Assembly (NCBI GenBank): GCA_965215265.1
Contig: OZ244048.1
Coordinates: 4,160,001 to 4,224,000 of the forward strand
Direction: 5' to 3'
DNA from: Candidatus Poribacteria bacterium
Lineage (GTDB): Bacteria; Poribacteria; WGA-4E; WGA-3G
DNA: 64,000 nucleotides
How positions within the stretch are numbered: the first letter of the stretch is position 1; the number at the start of each line of letters is the position of its first letter. Position numbers and translations under genes: made by a program. Shown here one piece after another: positions 22,029 to 32,118 of the stretch. The notes below the pieces were generated by a model. That model did no database searches, was not told the DNA's origin, and saw only the letters and a list, made by a program, of their open reading frames with translations.

Positions 22029-22829
22029 ATGAAAATTATTATTGCAGTGTTTACTGCTTGTTTACTGATTGTCACTGGATACCGACACCTAGTACTCAAA
22101 GAAACACGCTCAACAGCATGGGCAGCGGATGAAAGCACAGACACTTCTGTATCAAACACGGTGGAGACACCCGATACCGGCACCATTAAAGGTACAGTTA
22201 CATTTGAAGGTGACGCACCATTTAGGCGCGCAATCAACTTCGGGGCAGAATTGCAATGCAAAAAACTACACGAAGGAAAAGTGTACTACGAAGACCTTGT
22301 CGTCAGCGATGACGGAACACTTCGCGATGCCTTCATCTATATAAGAGGCAGCGTTAAGGGTGAATTTAAACCGACAACGGAACCCGTTGTCATCGATCAG
22401 AAGGGATGCATTTTTATACCACATGTGGTAGGGGCAATGGTCGGACAACCAGTAGAATTTCTGAACAGCGATCCGGTCCTTCACAATGTCCGAACGGTAT
22501 CCACACAAAAGAAACCGCTGAAAGAAACACCCTTTAACATTTCCCAGCCAAAGCAGGGAATGAAGTATACCCACACCTTTACCAAAATGGATATCGGCAT
22601 CCCGCTGCGATGTGATGTTCACCATTGGATGGCGGCGTATATTCATGTTGTACCGCATCCATTTTTTGCAGTCACAGACGAAAAAGGTACTTTTAAAATT
22701 CAAGGGCTCCCGCCACGCACTTACACTTTAGAGGTATGGCATGGAAAATTAGGGACGCAGAAAGTCAAAGTCACAGTTGAAGCGGGAAAAACGCAGAATG
22801 TGGATTTTTCGTATACTGCACCCCAATAA
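22029..22829 (+). CDS. secreted cupredoxin-like / carboxypeptidase-regulatory-like domain protein
   Basis: DQKGC.F.PHV, NSDPVLHNV, CDVHHWM.AYI, PHPFFAVTD..G.F.I.GLP. Confidence 0.75.
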   Translation: MKIIIAVFTACLLIVTGYRHLVLKETRSTAWAADESTDTSVSNTVETPDTGTIKGTVTFEGDAPFRRAINFGAELQCKKLHEGKVYYEDLVVSDDGTLRDAFIYIRGSVKGEFKPTTEPVVIDQKGCIFIPHVVGAMVGQPVEFLNSDPVLHNVRTVSTQKKPLKETPFNISQPKQGMKYTHTFTKMDIGIPLRCDVHHWMAAYIHVVPHPFFAVTDEKGTFKIQGLPPRTYTLEVWHGKLGTQKVKVTVEAGKTQNVDFSYTAPQ

Positions 22830-23099
22830 AGGCAGTTGTTATGTTTAGTCCTTTACAAACCTCGCCAGAGCCATTCGAGCTATTGAATCATAACAACGTA
22901 AATCCCTGGCGAAATTTATCTATAGATTGGCAGGATAAGGTAATCAGGTCCCAATGGGTGGCAGGAGAGACAAGAATACCGAACCTGCCAACACAAGTAT
23001 TAGCAAAACATAAACCGTTATGGTACGGAGATATACGAAAGATCAAAACAGAGCACGTTGATGTGCTGAAATATGCGAAAAAGGGAGATATACGAAAAA
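22805..23099 (+). repeat. modular palindromic intergenic element with nested second palindrome
   Basis: Left terminus inside the last codons of the upstream gene; insert TGGCAGG...AGGAGAGACAAGAATACC..CCTGCCA; ends GGAGATATACGAAAAA-ATG. Confidence 0.75.
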
Positions 23100-24302
23100 A
23101 TGAGATTTGTGCAAGCATTATCATTAAATCCGTCTTTGTGGTGCTGCTGTAGACGAATTATCCTTCTCAGCCTGTTTACTGTCGGAGGTGTTCTGTTCAT
23201 GCATCCGCACGCCGAAGGATATATCACAAAACGTTATACCGTCGAAAAAATCATCCAGGAAAGTAGCAACGTCGTTTTCGGAACCGTGACAGAAGTCGAT
23301 GCTAAACGACGCACTGCAACGGTTAAGGTTGAAGAAAATCTCAAAGGGACTAACGAATTTAACGAGATTAAGATCCGGTTTGATGTCTATAAAGGTGAAA
23401 AAGATCAGCGGCGCGAAATTGCAGCACTGTTAAAGAGAGATAAACCGATTATCTTCTTTTATCTCCATGAACGCGGACGGAGAATTGATGCACTTGGACA
23501 TATAGACGGGACTTGGTTTCAGACCCAAGCGACATATCGGAACAATAAACCACCGCGCTGGTGGATGTTCACTCACCTTGAAATATATCTCAATAAGGAT
23601 GAAGTCTCGAAAAGAGAATCAACACCGGATTTTCAGAAAGAACTACGGGCCGCCCTGAAACCACCAGAAGGGGTCGAGTTGACTCACATGTTGGTACTTA
23701 AAGCCGAGCGCTACGATTCCGAACACCGAATCCTATCTCAGATTAAACAAGTTGGAAAACAGTGGATGGCATATCAGGATACCCGAAACCGGGATTTACC
23801 CGGAATTGAGGACACCGACATCTTGTGGCTCGGCTTCCGCGCACTCTCCGAAGGGCGCTACACGCTCAACAAAACACAAGAAATTCGGATTAAAAAATTT
23901 GTCCGAGCAGGCGGTGTCGTGATTGCCTCTGGGCAGGATAGCGATACCGACCGGCCATGCAGAACCGGTTGGTTACCAGAACCGCTCCGTGGTGTTGAAA
24001 GCAAGTCCCGCAATGATTTTAAACCCACATCCCGCGCCGGCGAACTGTTTAAAGCACCACACCGCATCCGCTCCGGGCAGCTTGTCCTTGACGATTCATG
24101 GGACGGATGGAACCAGAAATATGAAGTACTCGCAACTACTAATAACGGAAAGGAAATTGTTGTCGCTAAACTGAAATATGGGAAAGGGATGTACCTCATT
24201 ACGAGTCTTCACAATCGTAATAATTCGCATGTTTCTAAAAATCGCCGGATGCTGGAGAACCTGATGCATTTCGCTATAGAATTTCTGAGTCAATCTAGAT
24301 AG
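23100..24302 (+). CDS. hypothetical secreted protein with C-terminal GATase-like (DUF4350-like) domain
   Basis: Hydrophobic signal ending HAEG; IKKFVRAGGVVI and YGKGMYLIT motifs; start uncertain. Confidence 0.65.
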   Translation: MRFVQALSLNPSLWCCCRRIILLSLFTVGGVLFMHPHAEGYITKRYTVEKIIQESSNVVFGTVTEVDAKRRTATVKVEENLKGTNEFNEIKIRFDVYKGEKDQRREIAALLKRDKPIIFFYLHERGRRIDALGHIDGTWFQTQATYRNNKPPRWWMFTHLEIYLNKDEVSKRESTPDFQKELRAALKPPEGVELTHMLVLKAERYDSEHRILSQIKQVGKQWMAYQDTRNRDLPGIEDTDILWLGFRALSEGRYTLNKTQEIRIKKFVRAGGVVIASGQDSDTDRPCRTGWLPEPLRGVESKSRNDFKPTSRAGELFKAPHRIRSGQLVLDDSWDGWNQKYEVLATTNNGKEIVVAKLKYGKGMYLITSLHNRNNSHVSKNRRMLENLMHFAIEFLSQSR

Positions 24303-24310
24303 CACAACTC

Positions 24311-24623
24311 TTTAGTATCTCTTAGCACAACAAAGACTGCTTTTATGAACACCTTCGCACAAATCTCGTCTGAGCCCTTCGCGGTTTAGATTCTAAACAG
24401 AGAAAGCCTCCGACGAGATTTATACACGAGCCTTCAAAAGCATAAGCGATGATGGCACGGAGATATACAAAAGATTGAATCTAAACATCAGGAGCCTCCG
24501 ACGAGATTTACACACGAGCCTTCAAAAGCATAAGCGATGATGGTACAGAGATATACGAAAAAACGAGATTTACACACGAGCCTTCAAAAGCATAAGCGAT
24601 GATGGCACGGAGATATACAAAAA
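24311..24623 (+). repeat. modular palindromic intergenic element, complete, with three right-arm units
   Basis: TTTAGTATCTCTTAGCAC...AAATCTCGTC...3x ACGAGATTTA(C/T)ACACGAGCCTTCAAAAGCATAAGCGATGATGG(C/T)AC(G/A)GAGATATAC. Confidence 0.9.
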
Positions 24624-24669
24624 CGTCAGCCTTTATTGTGCTGCACCATACGAAAAGAGGTAACCTCAC

Positions 24670-26190
24670 ATGCGAAAAGCCATATTATTAATGCTGAGTT
24701 TTCTATTGGTCTTAGTTAACTTCGCGAACCCCGCACATGCTGTGATTCCGCAGCTCCTCGGGCCCCTGTCTGCGTTGCTTAGCATCATCCCGCAGATTCT
24801 CGCCTTTGTTGGCATTGCACTCATAACCGTGCTTGTGTTCGCGCGAGATACCACGAAGATGTTTTTCTACCGTCTTCGAGACTTCGCAGTAGCACACAAA
24901 GCGATTGCTTCAGGCGTCGCACTGGTTACCCTCGTCGCACTAATGTGGAGCATCTACTATCTCATCGGGCCGCTGACAAAGCCTGTCACAACCGCAGTTA
25001 ACACTAACACTATCAGGACAGGTACTCCAATTAGCCCTTGGACAACCTTCAGAGGAAATCAGAACCGCACCGGCTACGCGAACGACGTACCGGGTCCAGC
25101 ATCTGGAAATCCAGTTTGGATTTTCGCTGCGAAAGACGCTGTAGCGGTTGACTTTTCTTCATCTCCCGCCGTTACCGGAAATCGGCTCTATATCGGTGCC
25201 TCTCGCGGCTCAATCTTTGCACTTGGCGGCGCAACCTATTGCATTGACATAGAGAAAGGCGAGGAACTCTGGCGACACGATTCGGATATCCCAATTTTCT
25301 CCTCTCCTGCTGTCGCTGGAGGCCGTGTCTACATCGGTGAAGGATACCACCAAGATAGTCGATGTCACCTCCGTTGTCTGGATGCAAAAACTGGGGAACT
25401 GATATGGAGTTTTAGGACAGAAAGCCACGTAGAATCAACGCCTTTCATCAGTCAAGGTAAGCTCTATTTTACAGCCGGGGCAGATGGTGTCTATTGCGTT
25501 GATGCCCTAGAAGGAAAACTCATCTGGCACTACCCGGCGGTCCATGCAGATATGTCACCCTTGGTTCATAAAGGCAAGGTCTACTTCGGCACCGGTTATG
25601 GCGATTACCGTGTTTATGCTGTTGACGCACAAACCGGCAAAGAGATTTGGACTATACCTATGCCTTATCCTGTCTGGGGCAGTCCGAGTATTTACCAAAC
25701 CCTCGTCTTTTTTGGACTCGGTACGGGCAATTTTTCCGATAGTGCCTCAAATCCCAACGGCAGGGTTGTAGCGATTAACGCTGATACCGGAGAGAGTGTA
25801 TGGGAGTATGAAGCAAAAGATGCTGTGCTAACCGCCATTGCAAGCCATAACGGGTACGTGACGTTCGGCGCTCGTGACGGATTTGTGTACACGCTTATCG
25901 CGAAAGACGGAAAAAAGCATTGGGCAACAGAGCTCGGAGCACCCGTTGTTTCTTCACCTGCTGTAGCAGCGAATAACGTTTATGTTGCCGCACAGAACGG
26001 GCGCATTTACGCACTCTCTGTTGATGACGGGGAAGTAGAGTGGGAATTCAATATGCGAGATGTAGCACGAGGAATTGAACTCTACTCGTCGCCCGCAATC
26101 GCAAACGGCCATCTGTACATCGGCTCTAGCGACCGGTACATCTTTTGTTTGGGCGGAAAGGGTAGCAAGCAGCACCACACAGACCGGTAG
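24670..26190 (+). CDS. membrane-anchored PQQ-binding-like (BamB-like) beta-propeller protein
   Basis: N-terminal TM helices; repeated SSPAV...YIG...D.xTG..xW blades. Confidence 0.85.
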   Translation: MRKAILLMLSFLLVLVNFANPAHAVIPQLLGPLSALLSIIPQILAFVGIALITVLVFARDTTKMFFYRLRDFAVAHKAIASGVALVTLVALMWSIYYLIGPLTKPVTTAVNTNTIRTGTPISPWTTFRGNQNRTGYANDVPGPASGNPVWIFAAKDAVAVDFSSSPAVTGNRLYIGASRGSIFALGGATYCIDIEKGEELWRHDSDIPIFSSPAVAGGRVYIGEGYHQDSRCHLRCLDAKTGELIWSFRTESHVESTPFISQGKLYFTAGADGVYCVDALEGKLIWHYPAVHADMSPLVHKGKVYFGTGYGDYRVYAVDAQTGKEIWTIPMPYPVWGSPSIYQTLVFFGLGTGNFSDSASNPNGRVVAINADTGESVWEYEAKDAVLTAIASHNGYVTFGARDGFVYTLIAKDGKKHWATELGAPVVSSPAVAANNVYVAAQNGRIYALSVDDGEVEWEFNMRDVARGIELYSSPAIANGHLYIGSSDRYIFCLGGKGSKQHHTDR

Positions 26191-26331
26191 AAATACAAAA
26201 AAATAAGATAACAAAAATTCAACTGCACAAACTAAAAATATTAACCCTTACAACGCACTAATTCGCGTTGTAGCAAGCAAATTCGCGCAGCTTGCCAGAA
26301 ATGCACGACAATTAAAACAAGGAGAATTAAA

Positions 26332-27159
26332 ATGAACAAACTAACGGCCATACTAACGATACTGCTCGTTACAGCAGCCGCTGCAGATGCCCAGTGGCGT
26401 AGCAAAACACATGACGTTTACAATGCACTCACTGGCGTTGAGGTTGAAATTGATGGAGACCTTGGTGAATGGGACGGCATTTTAGAAGCCGTAACAGGCA
26501 CCGACGGAACGCCTTTCTGTGGAATCGAATATGCAGGAGATGTGTTCCAAGAACACGCCGGCGGTAAATGGGAAGGACCTGATGATCACGAAACCTGTTT
26601 TATGATTGTCTGGGACACGGATGCCGTTTACATCGCGCTTATCGTCACAGATGATGAGCATGAACATGCCGAAGCTGCAGCATGGAACGGCGATGGCGCA
26701 CAGCTCGCCTTTGAAATGAGCGGCAAACGGGGTGCTGGACAGCCGTTGCGGTTATACAATATCGGATTAGACGATAAAGCCGAAAGCATCATCGCAAATG
26801 CACTGAATGAGAACCCCGGTGGAGCAGGTATTGTCCCTGATGATGACATCGCCGTTGTACGGGCAGAAGATGACAAGAAAACCTACTATGAACTGAGGTT
26901 TACAGCCGAAGAACTAAACGTGAAAGGCAAAAAATTCAGTGACGGGTCTGAATTTGGACTCGGTATCTGTGTCAACGATGGCGACAAAGCCGCTGGCCAA
27001 GGAGGCCAAAAAGGCTGGAGCGGCTGGTATACACATTCTATCGTTTTCGGAAAGAATTCCGAACATACCGGACTTGTCAAACTCACCGCTGAGAGAGCTT
27101 CTGTTGAACCCTCGCATAAGTTGGCAACAACCTGGAGTACCTTAAAAAACGCTCAGTAA
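26332..27159 (+). CDS. secreted CBM9/DOMON-like sugar-binding protein
   Basis: Signal peptide; IDGDLGEW, WD...YIAL.VTDD, YELRF, GICVNDGD; C-terminus SVEPSHKLATTWSTLK. Confidence 0.75.
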   Translation: MNKLTAILTILLVTAAAADAQWRSKTHDVYNALTGVEVEIDGDLGEWDGILEAVTGTDGTPFCGIEYAGDVFQEHAGGKWEGPDDHETCFMIVWDTDAVYIALIVTDDEHEHAEAAAWNGDGAQLAFEMSGKRGAGQPLRLYNIGLDDKAESIIANALNENPGGAGIVPDDDIAVVRAEDDKKTYYELRFTAEELNVKGKKFSDGSEFGLGICVNDGDKAAGQGGQKGWSGWYTHSIVFGKNSEHTGLVKLTAERASVEPSHKLATTWSTLKNAQ

Positions 27160-27178
27160 GAGTTGTTCTGAGCAAACC

Positions 27179-27217
27179 ATATCTGAAAGCCGCAAACGCT
27201 GGCGGCCTTCAGATATA
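27179..27217 (+). terminator. intrinsic terminator-like hairpin
   Basis: ATATCTGAAAGCCGC...GCGGCCTTCAGATAT followed by T-rich tract. Confidence 0.55.
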
Positions 27218-27219
27218 AC

Positions 27220-27428
27220 TTTTCCTATATTTCAGCACATCACAAGTCGCTGCTATGTTAAATCCTTTACAAATCTCGTTCTTTCGTCTACAGGAGCCCG
27301 CTAAAGGCTGCTGCTATGTTAATAACTTTACAACACGAACCATCAAAAGCATAAGCGGCGATGGCACGGAGATATACGAAAAAACGAGATTTACACACGA
27401 GTTATTATTACATAAGCATTGATGGTAA
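27220..27428 (+). repeat. modular palindromic intergenic element
   Basis: TTTTCCTATATTTCAGCAC...AAATCTCG...GCACGGAGATATACGAAAA...ACGAGATTTACACACG. Confidence 0.85.
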
Positions 27429-27475
27429 GGATTTAACATGGCAGCCGCATTTATGGGGCTGTAGACGAGAGAACG

Positions 27476-27860
27476 TTACTTGCGTATAAACATCTTGCGT
27501 GTAGCGGTGAAGTCCCCAGCGGTGAGCGTGTAGAAGTAGACACTGCTCGCCACCGGCTCCCCGACGGCGTTACGCCCATCCCAATACGCGGCACGATTCT
27601 GAGCGTGATACAACCCCCCCTGCTGATGCCCAAGCGACAGTGTCCGGACGAGCGTGCCGTGGGCGGTGTGGATGTGCACCGTCACGTCCGCCGGTTTTTC
27701 CAACTGATACGGCATCCACGTCTCGGGGTTGAACGGGTTGGGGTAGTTCGGCAAAAGGGCACTCTCTTCATTCACAACTCTATCCCCATTAACATCCGCA
27801 CGATTTTGACCTGTTGCCCCAAATGCTGCCGCCACTAAAACGAGGTCTTGAATGTTGACG
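27476..27860 (-). pseudogene. remnant of dockerin-like + FlgD-Ig/T9SS-type C-terminal domain gene
   Basis: ADVNGD..VN joined with an internal deletion to LLPNYPNPFNPETW...TATRKMFIRK; close paralog of 29249-29830; no N-terminal part. Confidence 0.75.
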
Positions 27861-28016
27861 TGCCGCTCGCCGGCGCGTTCTTCGGTGCCGGTGGCATCGG
27901 GCTAGAAAAAAAGGGTGGCATCTTTACTGCCAAAAGTGGTATAATTTGAGTAGAGTCTTCACCGCTTTTCACCGGCGGGCTGCCCAAACGGCAGGCACCC
28001 GGCATAGAGGAGAGAA

Positions 28017-29174
28017 ATGACGGAAGAAACCAAAGACGTGGACACGCAGATGCAGCATATCCGCGCGCTGCTTGATGGACGCGTTGAACACTTCGCCGAC
28101 AGGAGTGTGCGGCGCTTGCTACAAAACGGCGAAAACGTCCGGGGTGTGCTAGAAATCGTCGCCGCTGACATCGCAGCACGCATAGATTTTAGCCAACTCG
28201 TTCCACTCCCGAGAAGCCTGCTGCCAGAAGTGCTGCGGGAGCAGGAAGCGGATAGCGTGTTTCGCGTCCCGTTTAGAACCGAGACAGCCACCGAGGCGCT
28301 GCTCATCTATCTGCTCGTCGAACATCAATCGACGGTGGATACGACGATGGGGTTTCGGGTGCTGTTTTATATGATGCTGATTTGGGACGCACATCGCAGG
28401 CAATGGGAACACGACAAGGTGCCCAAACAGGCACGACGGTTGCCCCCGATACTGCCGGTTGTGTTTTATACCGGCGAGCAGCAGTGGAAAACCCCGCTGA
28501 CACTTGAGGCACTGATGGACATCCCTGCTGAACTCGCCCGGTTCGTTCCGGCTTTTGAGACGCTGTTTCTGAGCGTGAAGCAAACCGATGTCGCCACGCT
28601 GACTCAAACGCATCATCCGTTCGGGTGGCTGTTGACGGTGCTGCAAAAAGAGAGAGCAGACGAGGCGGAGATTCGGGATGCGTTACGCACGGCGATAGCG
28701 CACCTTGATGAGTTTGATACGGTTGGTGCCGAACAGCGGCGTGAGGCGATAGTCTATTTCTTGTTACTCATCTTGCATCGTCGGCCGCTATCAGAACAAA
28801 GTGGCTTAGTAGCATTAGTGGAGCAACTCGCAGAAGATAAGATGGAGGTAAAACAGATGGCAGAAACCATGGCAGAAATCCTGGTGCAACAAGGACTCAA
28901 ACAAGGCATTGAACAAGGCATTGAGCAAGGCATTGAGCAAGGCATTGAGCAAGGCATTGAACAAGGCATTGAGCAAGGTATTGAACAAGGTGCACGCCGG
29001 AATGCGATAGAAAACGTCATCGCGGTGCTCACCGCACGGTTCCCGCAGAGCGACGTGCAGACGACTCAACCGCGTCTTGAAGCGATACCAGACCTGGTGC
29101 GGCTCAAGCAGCTGCATCTCATCGCCGTTGAAACACCCAATTTTGAAGCGTTCCTGCAAGCGCTGCACACTTAG
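28017..29174 (+). CDS. Rpn family recombination-promoting nuclease / putative transposase (PD-(D/E)XK)
   Basis: EADSVF, YLLVEHQS, LPPILPVVFYTG...W motifs; C-terminal (QGIE)n repeats. Confidence 0.9.
   Translation: MTEETKDVDTQMQHIRALLDGRVEHFADRSVRRLLQNGENVRGVLEIVAADIAARIDFSQLVPLPRSLLPEVLREQEADSVFRVPFRTETATEALLIYLLVEHQSTVDTTMGFRVLFYMMLIWDAHRRQWEHDKVPKQARRLPPILPVVFYTGEQQWKTPLTLEALMDIPAELARFVPAFETLFLSVKQTDVATLTQTHHPFGWLLTVLQKERADEAEIRDALRTAIAHLDEFDTVGAEQRREAIVYFLLLILHRRPLSEQSGLVALVEQLAEDKMEVKQMAETMAEILVQQGLKQGIEQGIEQGIEQGIEQGIEQGIEQGIEQGARRNAIENVIAVLTARFPQSDVQTTQPRLEAIPDLVRLKQLHLIAVETPNFEAFLQALHT
28857..29174 (+). CDS. putative internally initiated small Rpn C-terminal protein (RpnS-type antitoxin)
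   Basis: GGAGGT at 28844-28849, then in-frame ATG at 28857 (MAETMAEILVQQG...). Confidence 0.6.
   Translation: MAETMAEILVQQGLKQGIEQGIEQGIEQGIEQGIEQGIEQGIEQGARRNAIENVIAVLTARFPQSDVQTTQPRLEAIPDLVRLKQLHLIAVETPNFEAFLQALHT
28902..28985 (+). repeat. 12-bp tandem repeat x7 (QGIE)
   Basis: CAAGG(C/T)ATTGA(A/G) repeated. Confidence 0.9.
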
Positions 29175-29248
29175 AGAGACAAACCGAAAGAACGGATATG
29201 GCGAAATGGGCACGTGCCAAGTTCCCACCAGACCCGTTCAAGGAAAAG

Positions 29249-31799
29249 TTACTTGCGTATCAACATTTTGCGTGTGGCGGTGAAATCCCCAGCGGTGAGC
29301 GTGTAGAAGTAGACACCGCTCGCCACCGGCTCCCCGACGGCGTTTCTGCCATCCCAATACGCTGCGCGTGCACGAGCTCGGTAAAATCCCGCCTGCTGAT
29401 GCCCGAGCGACAGTGTCCGAACGAGCATGCCGTGTGCGGAATAGAGCTGCACCGTCACGTCTGCCGGTTTTGCCAATTGATAAGGTATCCACGTCTCGGG
29501 GTTGAACGGGTTAGGGAAGTTCGGCAAAAGGCGGCTCTCTTGCGGTGTGAGTGCGGCGAGGAGCTGCTCGAGGACCACAAGCCCACGCTGGACACCCGCG
29601 TCTGTGAGATTCAGCTGCCGCGCTGCCTGCAGCCACTGCTGCACTTCTGCGCGCATCAGCGCCTGGCCCTGCTGTCCTGCTGCCGGTGCTGCAGGGGCTT
29701 TCCCGAATGCTGCCGCCACGAGCGTCAGATCCAGGATATTGACGAGTTCATCGCCGTTGACATCTGCACGGCTCTCCCCTGTCTCCCCAAACGCTGCGGA
29801 GACTAAAACAAGGTCTTGAATGTTGACAAGCCCATCCGCGTTGATGTCCTCCGCTGCAGCAGGGGCAGTAGGAGGACGGAGGTCCCAGAGCAGCACGGTG
29901 CCGTCCCTACTCCCACTAGCGAGCGTGCTACCATCTGGACTGAACGCTACGCTCCAGACAAGCTCCGTATGCCCGTTGAGAGTTTTGAAAGTCTCGCCCG
30001 TGTTGACATCCCACAGACGAATGGTTTTGTCCGAACTCCCACTAGCGAGCGAGCGCCCATCAGGGCTGAACGCGACGCTCCAGACAAGCTCCGTATGCCC
30101 GTTGAGAGTTTTGAGAGTCTCGCCTGTGTTGACATCCCACAGCCGAATGGTGGAGTCCAAACTCCCGGTAGCGATGTGTGCGCCATCGGGGCTAAACGCT
30201 ACGCTCCTGACGGCAGCCGTATGCCCGCTGAAAGTGTGGATTGTATCGCCTGTGTTGACATCCCAGAGCCGAATGGTGGAGTCCAAACTCCCAGTTGCGA
30301 GCGTTCTGCCATCAGGACTGAACGCCACGCTCCAGACAGCCCCCGTATGCCCTGTGAGTGTTTTGAGGTTTTCGCCTGTGTTGACATCCCACAGCCGAAT
30401 GGTTTCGTCCTCACCCCCACTAGCGAGCGTTCTGCCATCAGGACTGAACGCTACGCTCATGACATACCCCGTATGCGCAGTGAGTGTTTTGAGGTTTTCG
30501 CTTGTGTTCACATCCCACAGCCGAATGGTTTCGTCCTCACCCCCACTAGCGAGCGTTCTGCCATCAGGACTGAACGCCACGCTCCAGACCCACCACGTAT
30601 GCTCTGTGTGAGTTTTGAGAGTTTCGCCTGTGTTCACATCCCACAGCCGAATGGTGTCGTCCCCACTCCCACTAGCGAGCGTGCGCCCATCTGGACTGAA
30701 CGCCACGCTATAGACCCACCACGTATGCCCGTTGAGTGTTTTGAGGGGTTCGCTTGTGTTCACATCCCACAGATGAATGGTGCCGTCATTCAATATGATC
30801 GTTGAACGTATTGGAGATGTAGTGTTCACATCCCACAGCTGAATGGTGGAGTCCCGACTCCCACTAGCGAACGTGCGCCCATCTCCGCTGAACGCTATGC
30901 TATAGACAGGCCACCTATGCCCGTTGAGAAGTTTGAGAGTCTCGCCTGTGTTGACATCCCATAGCCGAATGGTGGTGTCCGAACTCCCACTAGCGAGCGT
31001 GCGCCCATCAGGGCTGAACGCGACGCTATTGACAGCCGCCCTATGCCTGAGAGTTTTGAGAGTCTCGCCCGTGTTCACATCCCACAGACGAATGGTGAAC
31101 TCCCCACTCCCACTAGCGAGCGTGCGCCCATCTACGCTGAACGCCACGCTATAGACATCCCACCTATGCCCGTTGAGAGTTTTGAGAGTCTCGCCCGTGT
31201 TCACATCCCACAGACGAATGGTGAAGTCCTGACTCCCACTAGCGAGCGTGCGCCCATCTACGCTGAACGCCACGCTATAGACCCTCCCACCTATGCCCGG
31301 TGAGAGTTTTGAGGTTTTCGCTTGTGTTGACATCCCACAGCCGAATGGTGGTGTCCGAACTCCCACTTGCGAGCGTGCGCCCATCTACGCTGAACGCGAC
31401 GCTATTGACAGCCGTCCTATGCCCGTTGAGAGTTTTGAGAGTCTCGCCCGTGTTCACATCCCACAGACGAATCGTGTCGTCCCCACTCCCACTAGCGAGC
31501 GTGCGCCCATCTGGACTGAACGCTACGCTTATGACAACCCCCGTATGCCCGGTGAGTAGGTCGAGCGGCTCACCCGTCTCCGCATCATACAGCCAAATAC
31601 CAATGCCACTTGCTACTGCAAGCTGAGAACCATCCGGCGAATACGCTACCTCAGTTATCCTGCCTCTGCCCAGACGTGCAATCGCCCCCTCCGGTAAACC
31701 CCACTGTGTCTCCGCAGGATACTGACCCGACGCAACAGGGAGAAAAACACTCGTTACCAGAAGAGCTAATAAACCGAATACCGTTAGACTCTTTTTCAT
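29249..31799 (-). pseudogene. secreted WD40 repeat protein with dockerin-like and FlgD-Ig/T9SS-type C-terminal domain, +1 frameshift near 31283
   Basis: Signal MKKSLTVFG...; GLPEGAIARLG; 13 near-identical 126-bp WD40 repeats; extra G in TGG-GAG-G-GTC-TAT compared with sibling repeats; LLPNFPNPFNPETW...RKMLIRK tail. Confidence 0.85.
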
Positions 31800-32068
31800 T
31801 TCACTTCCTCCAGTCATTTTTGGTTTGCCTGCATGGGTGCAAGCGGCTCTTTTTTTACAGTTTTCCACTTGGTTCTTAAAGAAGTATACCACAGATTGTA
31901 AAAAAAGTCAACCTTTTTTTAGAGGTTTGCTGGAAAGGGCCACAATAATCCCTAAAAAAAAGCATAAAGTAAAGTTCTTTTTCATCGTTAGCGGTGACGG
32001 ACAAGAATTCACCCTTTGGGAACTTCTCCCTGCTCGCAGGGAGGAATCCCCTCCGCAGGGACAATTCT

Positions 32069-32089
32069 TTACGGAGATATACAAAAAAA
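32069..32089 (+). repeat. isolated right terminus of the modular element
   Basis: TTACGGAGATATACAAAAAAA, preceded by hairpin TCCCTGC...GCAGGGA. Confidence 0.5.
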
Positions 32090-32118
32090 CAGCAGCCCTT
32101 GAAGGGCTGAAATATACC

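Noticed and set aside
31275-31290. Programmed frameshift or phase variation in the WD40 gene
   Set aside because: Only a 3-G run with no slippery heptamer; more likely a point indel or sequencing error.
29880-31560. Diversity-generating retroelement acting on the WD40 repeats
   Set aside because: No reverse transcriptase or template repeat in the window, and variation is not obviously restricted to adenines.
29502-31626. Long + strand ORFs opposite the WD40 gene
   Set aside because: Antisense shadows of a repetitive coding sequence.
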